Positions 18,263 through 28,717 are shown, numbered from the stretch's first letter. The stretch is DNA of 64,000 bases from an uncultured bacterium (GCA_964350245.1 CAYGJC010000002.1:69473-133472), one strand, 5' to 3'. Made by a program: numbers and translations. The notes: generated by a model not told the origin, from the letters alone.

Positions 18263-19035
18263 ATGAGCCTGCCTTTTCAGTCCAGCAGCTCTCAGTAAAT
18301 TATGAGAAGACACCCGTTCTCTGGGATCTTTCTTTTGAAATTCCCCAAGGTAAGCTTGTCGCTATTATCGGCCCTAATGGTGCAGGAAAAAGTACGCTTT
18401 TGAAAACCTCTCTCGGTTTGGTGAAACCGATTTCAGGTCAGGTTACTTTTTTTGGGCAGCCCTTGAAAAAATCTGGACAACGCGTTGCCTATGTACCACA
18501 GAGGGAGTCGGTCGATTGGGATTTTCCGATTACGGTATTTGACCTCGTTTTGATGGGGCGTTATGGACGGCTAGGCCTTTTTAAGCACCCCTCTAAGGAA
18601 GATCGACGTGCAGTTGAGCGCTATCTGGAAAAAGTCGGATTAGAAGCATTTGCGCATCGGCAAATCAGTCAGCTTTCTGGTGGCCAGCAGCAAAGAGCTT
18701 TTTTAGCCCGTGCGCTGATTCAGGAGGCCGATTTATACCTCATGGATGAGCCTTTTATCGGGATCGATGTTGCATCTACACAGACAATAATAAACATTTT
18801 GCAGACGCTGCGCGATGAGGGTAAGACGTTGCTTGTTGTTCACCACGATTTAACTACAGTAGGACAGATTTTTGATTGGGTCACTTTGCTCAATATTTGT
18901 CTGGTAGGGTGTGGGAGCGTGGCGTCAGTCTTCACTCCCGAGATGATACAAAAAACATACGGAAAAGAAACGCTACTGCTCGATGAAGCGACCAAACTTT
19001 CGCAAGAGAAAAGTAAGGGTTTTGTCACGTCATGA
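18259..19035 (+). CDS. ytgB: metal ABC transporter ATP-binding protein (YtgB)
   Basis: Walker A GPNGAGKST, signature LSGGQQQR and Walker B LYLMDEP. ATG 18259 gives an ATGA overlap with the ytgA stop. The upstream part of the ORF track is an out-of-frame shadow of ytgA. Confidence 0.92.
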   Translation: MNEPAFSVQQLSVNYEKTPVLWDLSFEIPQGKLVAIIGPNGAGKSTLLKTSLGLVKPISGQVTFFGQPLKKSGQRVAYVPQRESVDWDFPITVFDLVLMGRYGRLGLFKHPSKEDRRAVERYLEKVGLEAFAHRQISQLSGGQQQRAFLARALIQEADLYLMDEPFIGIDVASTQTIINILQTLRDEGKTLLVVHHDLTTVGQIFDWVTLLNICLVGCGSVASVFTPEMIQKTYGKETLLLDEATKLSQEKSKGFVTS

Positions 19036-20339
19036 ATTTCTGGGAGTGCTTTACAGATCCTGTGGTGCGTGCCCCCATGATTGGGTCCATGTTGATGTGC
19101 TTGGTAGCGGCGCTCGTGGGTGTCATTGTTTTTGTTCGCAAACGTTCTCTGCTTGGAGAGGCGCTTTCACACTCCACCTACCCAGGCGTTACGGGCGCCA
19201 TTTTGTTCGCTGGTCTCTTCTCGCTAGACGATAGCCTTTCGATTTTGATTCTTTTAGGTGCTACACTTCTCGCTTTTGCTGGTTATTTTTGCATCGATTT
19301 TCTTGAACGCAGGCTAAAAGTTACGGACGATGCAGCGCTCTGCTTGGTTCTTGCCCTCTTTTTTGGTCTCGGAGTGACCATTGCCAGCTATGTCCAAAAT
19401 GTCTATAGCCCCTTTTATCGCCAAATTCAAGGCTATCTATATGGGCAAGCGGCCACGATGACCGACTTGCATGTTTTGATTTATGGCGTACTAGCACTCT
19501 TCGTGATCAGTGTGATTTTCTTTTTCTACAAAGAAATTTTAGCACTCGCTTTTGATCGCTCCTTTTGTCAAGCTTCAGGCATGGCTGTCACGCTCGTGCG
19601 CGCTCTTTTTACCTGCCTGATTGTGAGCGCTGTTGTGATCGGAATTCGCAGCGTGGGCGTGATTTTGATGTCTGCAATGTTAATAGCTCCCGCGACTGCT
19701 GCCAGACAATTTACCCATCGCCTCTCGCGAATGTTCATTTTATCGGCCCTTTTCGGACTTTTTAGTGGATGTATGGGTACCTATCTCTCACTTCTTTTCC
19801 CCGGTATCCCTACAGGCCCCGTAATCGTTCTTGTGGCTGGCACGATCGCCTTATACGCCCTTTTGTTTGCACCCGAAAGAGGTCTGTTTATGCGCTATTG
19901 GAGAGTCGCGCGCTTTCGTTCTTTGCGGATGCAGGAGAATCTACTCAAATTGATGTGGCATCTCAGCTACAAGGGGGAGACATCTCTTCCGTTTCAAACG
20001 ATTGCTCAAGGACATGGTCTGTCAAAAGTTCGCCTCATCATTCTCCTTTTTCAACTACGTCTTGCAGGTTGGTTAAAGAGAGGTGATGCACACTACCTAC
20101 TTACACCGGAAGGAATAAAAAGAGGGGGGCGCATTGTGCGTCTTCACCGCCTTTGGGAGGTCTATTTGGTCAACGCTTTGGGACTTGGCGTCGAGCGGGT
20201 GCATAAGAGTGCCGAGGAAATGGAGCATATTCTTACACCAGAGCTTGAGCGTCAATTGACCCAGCTCTTGGATGATCCCCAAAAAGATCCACACCAGCAG
20301 CCTATCCCTTCCCAAAAGGAGGTGATGAGCCATGGTTAA
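19032..20339 (+). CDS. ytgC: metal ABC permease fused to a DtxR-family repressor domain (YtgC-YtgR)
   Basis: N-terminal ~290 aa form an ABC-3 permease. The C-terminal ~140 aa have a winged-helix and DtxR dimerisation look (LTPEGIKRGGRIVRLHRLWEVYL...AEEMEHILTPEL). Confidence 0.88.
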   Translation: MNFWECFTDPVVRAPMIGSMLMCLVAALVGVIVFVRKRSLLGEALSHSTYPGVTGAILFAGLFSLDDSLSILILLGATLLAFAGYFCIDFLERRLKVTDDAALCLVLALFFGLGVTIASYVQNVYSPFYRQIQGYLYGQAATMTDLHVLIYGVLALFVISVIFFFYKEILALAFDRSFCQASGMAVTLVRALFTCLIVSAVVIGIRSVGVILMSAMLIAPATAARQFTHRLSRMFILSALFGLFSGCMGTYLSLLFPGIPTGPVIVLVAGTIALYALLFAPERGLFMRYWRVARFRSLRMQENLLKLMWHLSYKGETSLPFQTIAQGHGLSKVRLIILLFQLRLAGWLKRGDAHYLLTPEGIKRGGRIVRLHRLWEVYLVNALGLGVERVHKSAEEMEHILTPELERQLTQLLDDPQKDPHQQPIPSQKEVMSHG

Positions 20340-21312
20340 TCCTTATACCGGACAAGATTTGATTGGGTTTTTTGGTGTCTTTTTTCATCGGTTATGGGGG
20401 TTTATCTGTGGATCCATCCCTTTTAATTCTCTTGCCACAGATGAAGTACAATTACTTGTTTTAGGATGCGTCGCGGCTTCAGGAGCTCTGGTTGGTACGT
20501 TTTTGGTGTTAAGGCGGATGGTGATGCTAGCCAATGCTCTTTCGCATACGATTCTACTTGGTATTGTCTCGGCGTATCTTGTTCTGCGCCTTTTCTCCAC
20601 TACAGCCGACCCTTCAGAACCCCTTTCCATTTCTGTTCTACTTTTAGCCGCCTTTGCTACCGGGATTGTCACAACTTTCTTAACGGAATTTCTTTCTAAA
20701 GTCGTGAAATTACAAGAAGACGCGAGTATTGGCCTTGTTTTTTCCGTTCTTTTTGCAATGGGTATTGTTTTGGTGACATTTTTTTCACGCAATCTGCACA
20801 TGGGAGTTGAACTTGTGATGGGCAATGCAGACGCACTACAGATAGGCGATGTTAGAGATGTTGTGATGCTACTCGGGATCAATCTTGCTCTTTTTGTGCT
20901 TCTATTTCATGGATTTAAAATCACTACATTTGATCCCTCTTTAGCTCGGGCATTTGGGTTTTCTCCCTTGTTTTTTAACTATTTGTTGATGGTGCAGACA
21001 TCGGCAACAGCAATTGGAGGGTTTCGAGCGGTAGGGGTTTTGATGATCTTAGCTTTTTTTGTGATTCCGACTTTAACGGCACGCATGCTCACCAATCGGC
21101 TCTCCACATTGATTGGAATGAGCATGGGAATCGGTGTACTGGCAGCTTTTTTGGGAGTCGCTTTGTCTCGTCACATTCTCACCTACTATGGTGTGGGGCT
21201 ATCGACAGGTGGCCTTGTCGTCTCCCTCCTTGGCTTGATTTACCTCTGCGTGATCGTTTACTCACTCATGACCCGCCTTTCTCACAGACGCAGGCTGATT
21301 AACATCAATTGA
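20332..21312 (+). CDS. ytgD: metal ABC transporter permease (YtgD)
   Basis: 326-aa ABC-3 family multi-TM protein. 8-nt overlap with ytgC. Confidence 0.88.
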   Translation: MVNPYTGQDLIGFFGVFFHRLWGFICGSIPFNSLATDEVQLLVLGCVAASGALVGTFLVLRRMVMLANALSHTILLGIVSAYLVLRLFSTTADPSEPLSISVLLLAAFATGIVTTFLTEFLSKVVKLQEDASIGLVFSVLFAMGIVLVTFFSRNLHMGVELVMGNADALQIGDVRDVVMLLGINLALFVLLFHGFKITTFDPSLARAFGFSPLFFNYLLMVQTSATAIGGFRAVGVLMILAFFVIPTLTARMLTNRLSTLIGMSMGIGVLAAFLGVALSRHILTYYGVGLSTGGLVVSLLGLIYLCVIVYSLMTRLSHRRRLININ

Positions 21313-21364
21313 CAATTGCCTGAGTACACGGTATGATCTTTCCCCTTTAGTAAATTCTTTTTTC

Positions 21365-22501
21365 ATGAAAAAAATAGCCATTCTTGGGAGCACCGGATCG
21401 ATAGGTACAAGTACATTGCGTATTGTACAGCACCTCTCGGACTCTTTTTCAGTTAGCGTTCTCGCTGCCAATCAGAATATCGATTTGCTTTCGGAACAGA
21501 TCAATCTGTTTAAACCCGAGTTGGTCGCTGTTTATGACTCTCAAAAGGCAAGAGAACTAAAAAAACGATTTCCCTCTCAGAAAATTGTCTGTGGTGATGA
21601 GGGTTTACAGGAGGCGGCTTCCCACTCTTCTGTCGACTTTGTTGTCATGGCCATTGTTGGCATGCGCGCCTTAAAGCCTACACTATCTGCAATTCGAGCG
21701 GGCAAATCCATTGGATTAGCCAGTAAGGAAGTGCTTGTCTCTGCAGGGGAGCTAATAGGAGAGATGGCGAGCGAGTCTGGTGTGCCTCTTCTTCCTATCG
21801 ACAGTGAGCATAGTGCTCTTTTTCAGTGTTTGGCAGGAAAGAAGCTCTCTGATGTACGCCGCCTGATCCTCACGGCTTCGGGAGGTCCTTTTCGCTCTTA
21901 TTCATCAGAACAGCTCGCAGCAGTTACTGTCGAGGAGGCCTTGGCCCATCCGACGTGGAAGATGGGACCAAAAGTGACAATTGACTCCTCTACTTTAGTG
22001 AATAAAGGTTTGGAGATGATTGAGGCGCGGTGGCTCTTTGGTATTCCCCCTGAAAAGATTGAGGTGGTGATTCATCCTCAGAGTATTGTTCACAGCTTTG
22101 TGGAGTTTATTGATGGGTCTATCTTAGCGCAGATGAGCGAGCCGGACATGATCTATCCGATTCAGTATGCCTTAACCCATCCTGATCGAGCACCCGGAAT
22201 GTTTCCCCCCTTTGATTTTGTGAAAAATAGTACATTAGAATTCTATCCCCATTGCAGCAAAAAATTTCCGGCCTTAAACCTTGTTCAAAATTCTCTTCGG
22301 ACGGGTGGGAGTGTTCCGTGCTTTTTGAATGCTGCCAATGAGGTTTTAGTAGCCCGTTTTTTACAAAAAGAGATCTCTTGGCGTGGGATTGTAGAGAAAT
22401 TAGAAAAATTAATCAGTCGACATAAGATAGTCCATCCCCTTACTGTGGAGGAGGTACTAGAGGTTGATCAAGAGGCAAGGCGCGCAGCGCTTTTAGTATA
22501 A
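21365..22501 (+). CDS. dxr: 1-deoxy-D-xylulose 5-phosphate reductoisomerase
   Basis: ILGSTGSIGTSTL NADPH fold, LPIDSEHSALFQC and NKGLEMIEA motifs. Confidence 0.96.
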   Translation: MKKIAILGSTGSIGTSTLRIVQHLSDSFSVSVLAANQNIDLLSEQINLFKPELVAVYDSQKARELKKRFPSQKIVCGDEGLQEAASHSSVDFVVMAIVGMRALKPTLSAIRAGKSIGLASKEVLVSAGELIGEMASESGVPLLPIDSEHSALFQCLAGKKLSDVRRLILTASGGPFRSYSSEQLAAVTVEEALAHPTWKMGPKVTIDSSTLVNKGLEMIEARWLFGIPPEKIEVVIHPQSIVHSFVEFIDGSILAQMSEPDMIYPIQYALTHPDRAPGMFPPFDFVKNSTLEFYPHCSKKFPALNLVQNSLRTGGSVPCFLNAANEVLVARFLQKEISWRGIVEKLEKLISRHKIVHPLTVEEVLEVDQEARRAALLV

Positions 22502-22513
22502 TAGGTTGAATAT

Positions 22514-24463
22514 ATGACGATTTTGTATTTTGTTTTAGCGGCGCTGGCCCTAGGAATCTTAGTTTTTATCCATGAGCTGGGACACTACTTTGCGGCTAAA
22601 ATGGTGGGCATGACGGTTGAGACCTTTGGGATTGGCTTTGGTCGGCCCATTCTTAAGTGGCGCTGGAATCATGTTGATTGGCAGCTAGGCTGGCTTCCCT
22701 TTGGTGGTTTTGTCAAAATCAAAGGGATGGAGTTTGGAAAAAAAGAAAAAGAGAAATACAAAGAACCCTACGAAATCCCCGACGGTTTTTTTGCCAAAGC
22801 ACCCTGGAAACGGATGGTTGTGGCCATTGCGGGGCCTCTGGCCAACTTCATTCTCGCCTTTTTGATTTTTCTTGCCATTTGGGCAATTGGGGGACGCGAG
22901 AAGCCCTTCTCCGAGTTTACTCAAATTGTAGGATGGGTCGATCCCCAGTCAGAAATCTATGCGCTTGGGCTGCGTCCCGGTGATATGATTACCGAGTACA
23001 ATGGCAAACCGTTCACCAACTCTAAAGATCTTCTTTATGCGGCCATGTTAAATGGAAAAGAAGTGACCTTCAAAGGAATGCATGTTGATTATGCAACTGG
23101 AGAGAAGACGCCTTACTCCTATACAATTGAGAGCTATCCTTCTCCAGCTTCGTTAGATGGAATTATGACCACGGGTGTTACAGCTGGCGCACGCTATTTG
23201 ATTTACGATGCACTTCCAGGAGGTGCTCCTAATCCATTAACTGAAGGTTCTCCCATGAAAGGGAGCGGAATCGAATATGGAGATCGGTTGGTTTGGGCAG
23301 ATGGAGAGGTGCTTTTTTCCCTAGATCAACTCAGCGCTATCCTCAACTCCGAATCTTCGTTAGTCACAGTAAAAAGAGGGCAGGAAACGTTTCTGAGCAG
23401 ACAGCCGCGCGCGCTGGCGAGCGACCTGATTCTTCCTTCTTATGTGCAAAATGAGTTGATCGATTGGCAATACGAAGCCGATCTGAAAGAAGTAGGGCAG
23501 AATCTCCGCGTGCTCCCTTATGTGATCAGCGGCGAGGGGTATGTAGAGGCTCCGCTTGACTTTATTGACAAAGAGAGCCGAAGGCAGGCCTTTCCACTCC
23601 ATCCCTATTCCTCCTCTTTGGAGCAACCTTTAGAGCCTGGCGATCGTATCCTTGCTGTTGATGGGACTTCGGTAACTAGGGGGTATGATATTTTGAAGTT
23701 GGTGCAGACCCACCAAGTACAGCTGATGGTGGAAAAAAATGTGCCCGCGCACACTTCTATCAGTTGGCGGGGGGAAGATCAAGTGTTTCAGAAGGGCATT
23801 CCCTATGCTGGGATTCAACAACTCGCCTCTCACGTGGGCGTACGTCATGCAGATAAACAGCTCAATCGTCTGGCCTTGCTCAATCCGGTAGAGCCCAAAC
23901 CACTGAATCAATTTGTTCTTTCTGAAGAGGTGCAAGAGCGTCTTAAGAATGAAGTTCAAAAGCAGAGAGAAGAAATTGAGGCGATCCGCGATCAAGAAAA
24001 ACGTTCTCAAGCACTGAATTATTTAGAAGAGAGTCAGCAAAAACTGCTTTTGGGCATCTATCTGCAAGATCGTCCTGTCCAGTATAATCCCAATCCCTTT
24101 GCAATGCTTGGCAGTGTTTTCACCGAGACCTGGCAGACCTTAAAGGCGTTGATTTTTGGCTACCTCCATCCCAAGTGGATTAGTGGGCCACTGGGGATTG
24201 TGCAGGTGATTCATCATGGCTGGCAGCTTGGTGTATCAGAGGCGCTCTTTTGGATTGCAGCGATTAGTGTGAATCTAGGATTTTTAAATCTGCTTCCGAT
24301 ACCTGTTCTCGATGGAGGGTATATCTGTCTTGCGCTTTGGGAGATGGTGACCCGTCGCCGCTTGAAATCCAAGACCATGGAACGGCTGATTGTACCATTT
24401 GTGGTTCTTCTGATCGGCTTACTAATATTCCTTACCTTTCAAGACATCACCCGCCTTTTTTAA
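22514..24463 (+). CDS. rseP: RIP site-2 metalloprotease RseP (M50) with extended PDZ region
   Basis: HELGHY zinc motif in TM1 and NLLPIPVLDGG near the C-terminus. Conserved dxr-rseP adjacency. 649 aa, so a long periplasmic PDZ insert. Confidence 0.92.
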   Translation: MTILYFVLAALALGILVFIHELGHYFAAKMVGMTVETFGIGFGRPILKWRWNHVDWQLGWLPFGGFVKIKGMEFGKKEKEKYKEPYEIPDGFFAKAPWKRMVVAIAGPLANFILAFLIFLAIWAIGGREKPFSEFTQIVGWVDPQSEIYALGLRPGDMITEYNGKPFTNSKDLLYAAMLNGKEVTFKGMHVDYATGEKTPYSYTIESYPSPASLDGIMTTGVTAGARYLIYDALPGGAPNPLTEGSPMKGSGIEYGDRLVWADGEVLFSLDQLSAILNSESSLVTVKRGQETFLSRQPRALASDLILPSYVQNELIDWQYEADLKEVGQNLRVLPYVISGEGYVEAPLDFIDKESRRQAFPLHPYSSSLEQPLEPGDRILAVDGTSVTRGYDILKLVQTHQVQLMVEKNVPAHTSISWRGEDQVFQKGIPYAGIQQLASHVGVRHADKQLNRLALLNPVEPKPLNQFVLSEEVQERLKNEVQKQREEIEAIRDQEKRSQALNYLEESQQKLLLGIYLQDRPVQYNPNPFAMLGSVFTETWQTLKALIFGYLHPKWISGPLGIVQVIHHGWQLGVSEALFWIAAISVNLGFLNLLPIPVLDGGYICLALWEMVTRRRLKSKTMERLIVPFVVLLIGLLIFLTFQDITRLF

Positions 24464-24714
24464 GGAGGACTGAATTTATAGGACGAAAGATTTTGACTGG
24501 AAATGAAATGCAGAGATTGCAGTTGACTTTTGTAAGTCAACGAGATCAAGCATAATATTTCGAGCCAAAAGATCCGGGTGAATTTGTAAAATATCCAACT
24601 GATTCTGCAATAGCTTTGAGGAGTGGCCGCGCTTTCATTTTAAGAATAGCGTGCTTGTTTTGCAGCTTTAATGTATAACGCTTGCTAATTTCAAAAGAGC
24701 ATTTCAATATTATT

Positions 24715-25041
24715 ATGTCATTATTCCCACTTAATACGGTTCTTTTTCCCCGAGAGCAATTTGGGAGCAAACAGACAGCTTTGCACCACTACATAGCGCA
24801 TCGTAATAAGGCCAATTTTGATACATGGCTGGGCAAGGTCAAAGACAAATTCCCGGAACTTCTAGATGCCCGCGATCCAAACTATGGGTTAACTCCTCTG
24901 GCTGTAGCTGTTATGGCAAAAGATCTAACCAAGGCCAAGGCACTCCATGCAGCAGGAGCTTCTCTTGAAACGCGAGATTGTCGCCGGTGTACCTTATTGC
25001 ACTGGCAACAACATAGTTCTAAAAAAACCCCGCTCAAATGA
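24715..25041 (+). CDS. short ankyrin-repeat protein (about 1.5 repeats; possibly a truncated remnant)
   Basis: NYGLTPLAVAVMAKDLTKAKALHAAGASLETRDCRRCTLLHW matches the ANK consensus (G-TPL-A...LL-GA...D..G-T-LH). The ORF ends in the middle of the second repeat. ATG at 24715. Confidence 0.55.
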   Translation: MSLFPLNTVLFPREQFGSKQTALHHYIAHRNKANFDTWLGKVKDKFPELLDARDPNYGLTPLAVAVMAKDLTKAKALHAAGASLETRDCRRCTLLHWQQHSSKKTPLK

Positions 25042-25051
25042 GCGAGGTTTT
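25024..25051. terminator. bidirectional hairpin terminator between the ankyrin gene and dnaK
   Basis: aaaaccCCGCTCaaatGAGCGaGGtttt, an imperfect stem flanked by an A-run and a T-run. On the minus strand it is followed by T7, right after the dnaK stop. Confidence 0.5.
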
Positions 25052-25061
25052 GCGTTCAAAC

Positions 25062-26990
25062 TTACTGCTTGTCGTCGTCGTCAATTACTTCGACATCAGC
25101 TTCTTCAATCGACTCATCTTCGTTCTTAGACTCCGATTGAGCAGGACCGGCTCCCGGAGGAGGTGTCGCTCCACCTGCAGCTGCACCTGCTTTCATCGCT
25201 TCACCGATCTTCTGCATATGTGTATTCAACTCTTCTTTAGCGGCTTTAATTTTATCAAGATCCTCGCCCTTAAGAGCCTCACGTACGGCATCAATCCGGG
25301 ATTGAATGTCACTCGCGATGTCAGCTGGAATCTTGTCTTTGTATTCTTTTAAAGACTTCTCTGCCTGGAAAGCAAGGCCATCTGCTTCATTGCGGATTTC
25401 AATCTGCTCTTTACGCTTACGGTCCTCTTCCTTGTGCATCTCAGCATCTTTTACCATGCGGTCAATGTCCTCTTCACGAAGACCTGACGCGGCTTCGATG
25501 CGGATTTTTTGCTCTTTTCCAGAAGAAAGGTCCTTCGCAGAAACATGCAAAATTCCGTTGGCATCCACATCAAAGCTCACTTCGATCTGTGGCATACCGC
25601 GTGGAGCAGGAGGGATCTCGGTCAGATCAAACCGTCCAATCTCCTTGTTATCACGCGCCATGGGACGCTCTCCTTGAAGCACCACGATGGTTACAGCCGG
25701 CTGATTGTCACTAGCGGTAGAAAAGACCTGCTTTTTCTGTGTTGGAATGGTAGTGTTGCGCTCAACAAGTGGAGTCATCACGCCACCCATTGTTTCAATT
25801 CCAAGTGTCAAAGGAATGACATCGAGAAGCAAGATGTCTTTCACATCTCCACCTAGAACGCCTCCCTGAATAGAAGCACCTAGAGCAACCACTTCATCGG
25901 GGTTCACCCCTTTGTGTGGTTCGCGCTTGAAAATCTCTTTTACAATCGCCTGAACGGCAGGCATCCGAGACATTCCCCCCACGAGCAGCACATCATCAAG
26001 CTGATCAGGAGTCAATCCGGCATCTTTTAGAGCACGGAGGCACGGTTCACGTGTACGCTCAATGAGATCATGGGTTAAAGATTCAAGTTGCGCACGTGTG
26101 AGTGTAAGGGCTAAGTGCTTAGGTCCACTCGCGTCCATTGTAATAAACGGCTGATTGATTTCGGTGGAAGGGACACCTGAAAGCTCCACTTTTGCTTTCT
26201 CAGCTGCATCGCGCAAACGTTGCAGGGCCATTTTGTCTTTACTCAAGTCAATGCCTTGCTCTTTTTGGAATTGCTCAAGCATCCAGTGAATGATAGCGTC
26301 GTCAAAATCGTCTCCACCAAGGTGAGTATCTCCATTCGTAGAGAGCACTTCAAACACACCCTCACCAATCTCAAGAATCGAAATATCGAAGGTTCCACCA
26401 CCCAAGTCAAAGACAGCGACTTTTTTATCACCGCCTTTGTCAAGGCCGTAGGCCAATGCTGCTGCCGTTGGCTCAGGAATGATGCGTTTAACATCGAGAC
26501 CAGCAATACGGCCCGCATCCCGTGTGGAAGCGCGCTGAGAGTCGTTAAAGTAAGCAGGAACAGTGATGACCGCCTCTGTAACAGGCTCACCGAGATACGC
26601 TTCAGCTGTCTCTTTCATTTTGACAAGAACTTGAGCACCGATCTCTTCAGGTGTAAGTTGTTTTCCGTCCACTTCAAAGACAACATCGCCTTTATCGTTG
26701 GAAGTGACTTTGAAGGGAACGGTTTTAATTTCTGAGGCTACTTCATCATACTTACGCCCGATGAAGCGCTTGGTTGAACAAAGAGTACGGTCTGGGTTAG
26801 TGACGGCTTGACGCTTGGCGGGGATTCCTACTAACCGCTCATCTCCTTTATAGGCGACAATAGAGGGTGTAGTGCGTCCTCCTTCTGCGGAGGCGATTAC
26901 TTTGCCCTGGCCCCCCTCCATCACGGCAACGCAGGAGTTGGTGGTTCCAAGGTCAATACCAATGATTTTACCTTTTTTTTGTTGTGTCAT
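25062..26990 (-). CDS. dnaK: molecular chaperone DnaK (Hsp70)
   Basis: [18 protein letters not shown] and the full Hsp70 architecture. ATG 26990 ([15 protein letters not shown]) lies 4 nt after the grpE stop. The longer ORF-track N-terminus overlaps grpE. Confidence 0.97.
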   Translation of the reverse strand: MTQQKKGKIIGIDLGTTNSCVAVMEGGQGKVIASAEGGRTTPSIVAYKGDERLVGIPAKRQAVTNPDRTLCSTKRFIGRKYDEVASEIKTVPFKVTSNDKGDVVFEVDGKQLTPEEIGAQVLVKMKETAEAYLGEPVTEAVITVPAYFNDSQRASTRDAGRIAGLDVKRIIPEPTAAALAYGLDKGGDKKVAVFDLGGGTFDISILEIGEGVFEVLSTNGDTHLGGDDFDDAIIHWMLEQFQKEQGIDLSKDKMALQRLRDAAEKAKVELSGVPSTEINQPFITMDASGPKHLALTLTRAQLESLTHDLIERTREPCLRALKDAGLTPDQLDDVLLVGGMSRMPAVQAIVKEIFKREPHKGVNPDEVVALGASIQGGVLGGDVKDILLLDVIPLTLGIETMGGVMTPLVERNTTIPTQKKQVFSTASDNQPAVTIVVLQGERPMARDNKEIGRFDLTEIPPAPRGMPQIEVSFDVDANGILHVSAKDLSSGKEQKIRIEAASGLREEDIDRMVKDAEMHKEEDRKRKEQIEIRNEADGLAFQAEKSLKEYKDKIPADIASDIQSRIDAVREALKGEDLDKIKAAKEELNTHMQKIGEAMKAGAAAGGATPPPGAGPAQSESKNEDESIEEADVEVIDDDDKQ

Positions 26991-26994
26991 AGCT

Positions 26995-27519
26995 CTATCC
27001 TTCTTGTTTTTCTTCTGATTTTTTTTCTCCAGGAGCTTTGGCAACGTTCACGCGTGCCACACGGATGGGACGCTCACCCATCTTGTAGCCGCGCACGAGC
27101 TCTTCGACGACCACTCCCGGTGCATAATCTGTTGTTTCTACCATCTCCACCGCCTCGTGAAGGTGAGGATCAAAGACCTTCCCAACCGAGTGGTACTCTT
27201 CCACTCCGTGATTGTTGAGGATCTGTTTAAATTGGTTTAAGAGCATTTCAAAGCCTACAGCCCATGTGCGCACCTCTTCGGACATGCTCTCAGCAAAATG
27301 TAATGCCTTCTCTAGGTTGTCGAGGGGGTGTAAAAACTCTACCAAAATCCCCTCGATGGCATATTTCGTCGTATCGTGCCGCTCTTTTTGCATCCGTTTA
27401 CGGGCATTTTCCGATTCAGCAAGCACGCGCAAGTATTTATCTTGAGCCTCTTTCAGGCTCTCTTTTAATTGCTCGACCTCATCGACTTCCGTCAGGCTTT
27501 CTTCTTCTTCTTCGGACAT
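26995..27519 (-). CDS. grpE: nucleotide exchange factor GrpE
   Basis: GrpE pattern (acidic N-terminus, coiled coil, FDPHLHEAV). AAGGAG lies 5 nt upstream of ATG 27519. Part of the hrcA-grpE-dnaK order. Confidence 0.93.
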   Translation of the reverse strand: MSEEEEESLTEVDEVEQLKESLKEAQDKYLRVLAESENARKRMQKERHDTTKYAIEGILVEFLHPLDNLEKALHFAESMSEEVRTWAVGFEMLLNQFKQILNNHGVEEYHSVGKVFDPHLHEAVEMVETTDYAPGVVVEELVRGYKMGERPIRVARVNVAKAPGEKKSEEKQEG

Positions 27520-27521
27520 GA

Positions 27522-28646
27522 TCACTCCTTAATTTCTAATAGGTGTTGGGCAGCCTGATCGATTTGGGTATAAGAACTTGTGCTGCGTGGCTGACGGAAA
27601 GAGAGTTTAAACTTGAAGAGACTTTTCGTCAGGGATTTACTTAAACCGTCTGCAAAAAACTGCAATGAGGCAAATAAAGAGCGATAGGGCATTCGGCAGG
27701 GGCCTAGAATCCCAATGGCACCCGCCGCTGTTTGACCCACGTGGTAGGGGACTGCAATCACCGAGCACCCTTGGGCAGCTGAGGCGTAGGGAGCTAGGTC
27801 ACTCCCAATCCAGTATCTTAAAGAGCCCTCGCGCACGCAGTCATTGAGGAGCAGTCGCATATGCGCAGGATTTTCAAATAAAGAGAGACCTGTTGCCAGA
27901 GCTACAGGATCGTTAAATTCCGGATAGGAGAGAAGAGTGGAAAATCCGGTGCGGTAGACGTCTTCATCGCTGAAATTGGAGTAGCGCACTAAATAGCGTA
28001 CCATGATTTCATTGTAGAAATACTGAGCAAGCGTTTGCTCGTCAGGTGTTAGATTTTCAGGTTTTTCGCCCCCTTTAATCCGCCATTGAATGTGCGATTC
28101 GATTCTTTTTAACGAAAACGCGCTCAGTTTTTGATCAATGGGGAGCACCTCAGTGAAAATCTGACCAAAATCGGTGACCATCACACATAAAAGACGATCC
28201 GGATCAATCCCTACCAGCTTGATATCAAGGATGAAGTCGTGATCAAAGCGGACAGAAGTAAGGAAAACGGCATATTCTGTTAAAGCGCTGAGTTTTTCTG
28301 CGCTCTTTTGGAGGTAGCGCGCTAAATTGCGCGATTCTCCAAGGTCAAGATTCGCCAGTTTCTCTTCAGCGCTAGGCTCTAATTGAGGAGAAGTAAGTGC
28401 GTGCGCCGCATAAAGACGAAACGCTTCATTGGTAGGAATCCGCCCTCCTGAGGAGTGGGGTTGCTGAAGAAAACCCTGTTTCTCCAGCTCTACAAAGTAG
28501 TTCCGAATAGTTGCCGAACTTAGGCTCTGAAATCCATGCTCTTTAAGCGTGTTGGAGCCAATTGGCTTGTTCGTCTCTAAATAAAGCTCCACAAGGCCAA
28601 GTAATACCTGGTGCGCGCGACTCTCTTTTTTTGATGGTTTCTTCAT
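27522..28646 (-). CDS. hrcA: heat-inducible transcription repressor HrcA
   Basis: N-terminal winged helix (RAHQVLLGLVELYLETNKPIGSNTL) followed by the HrcA C-domain. ATG 28646 lies ~45 nt downstream of CIRCE. The ORF-track GTG start lies inside CIRCE. Confidence 0.92.
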   Translation of the reverse strand: MKKPSKKESRAHQVLLGLVELYLETNKPIGSNTLKEHGFQSLSSATIRNYFVELEKQGFLQQPHSSGGRIPTNEAFRLYAAHALTSPQLEPSAEEKLANLDLGESRNLARYLQKSAEKLSALTEYAVFLTSVRFDHDFILDIKLVGIDPDRLLCVMVTDFGQIFTEVLPIDQKLSAFSLKRIESHIQWRIKGGEKPENLTPDEQTLAQYFYNEIMVRYLVRYSNFSDEDVYRTGFSTLLSYPEFNDPVALATGLSLFENPAHMRLLLNDCVREGSLRYWIGSDLAPYASAAQGCSVIAVPYHVGQTAAGAIGILGPCRMPYRSLFASLQFFADGLSKSLTKSLFKFKLSFRQPRSTSSYTQIDQAAQHLLEIKE

Positions 28647-28690
28647 TTGCCGGCCATTATATCCATAGCCCTCTCGAAAATCAAGCTTTT

Positions 28691-28717
28691 TTAGCACTCT
28701 AGGTCAAAGAGTGCTGA
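28691..28717. promoter_or_regulatory. CIRCE operator (HrcA binding site)
   Basis: TTAGCACTC-taggtcaaa-GAGTGCTGA compared with the consensus TTAGCACTC-N9-GAGTGCTAA, with one mismatch. Immediately upstream of hrcA-grpE-dnaK. Confidence 0.92.

Noticed and set aside
24522-24541. Perfect 8-bp hairpin GTTGACTT-ttgt-AAGTCAAC downstream of rseP, considered as a terminator or sRNA
   Set aside because: It has no U-tract on either strand and an AT-rich stem. I kept it only as a note.
24546-24770. 74-aa minus-strand ORF overlapping the start of the ankyrin gene
   Set aside because: No RBS, no recognisable domain, and low-complexity composition. The plus-strand frame carries a recognisable ANK repeat, so that frame is preferred.
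25038-26735. Plus-strand ORFs of 104-171 aa antisense to dnaK. Similar long antisense ORFs occur inside lepA (12183-12653), ytgD (20385-20882), htrA (55386-56173), M20 (56653-57123) and sucD (52783-53223).
   Set aside because: These are shadow ORFs opposite strongly conserved genes. They have skewed Ser/Arg/Cys composition and no translation signals.
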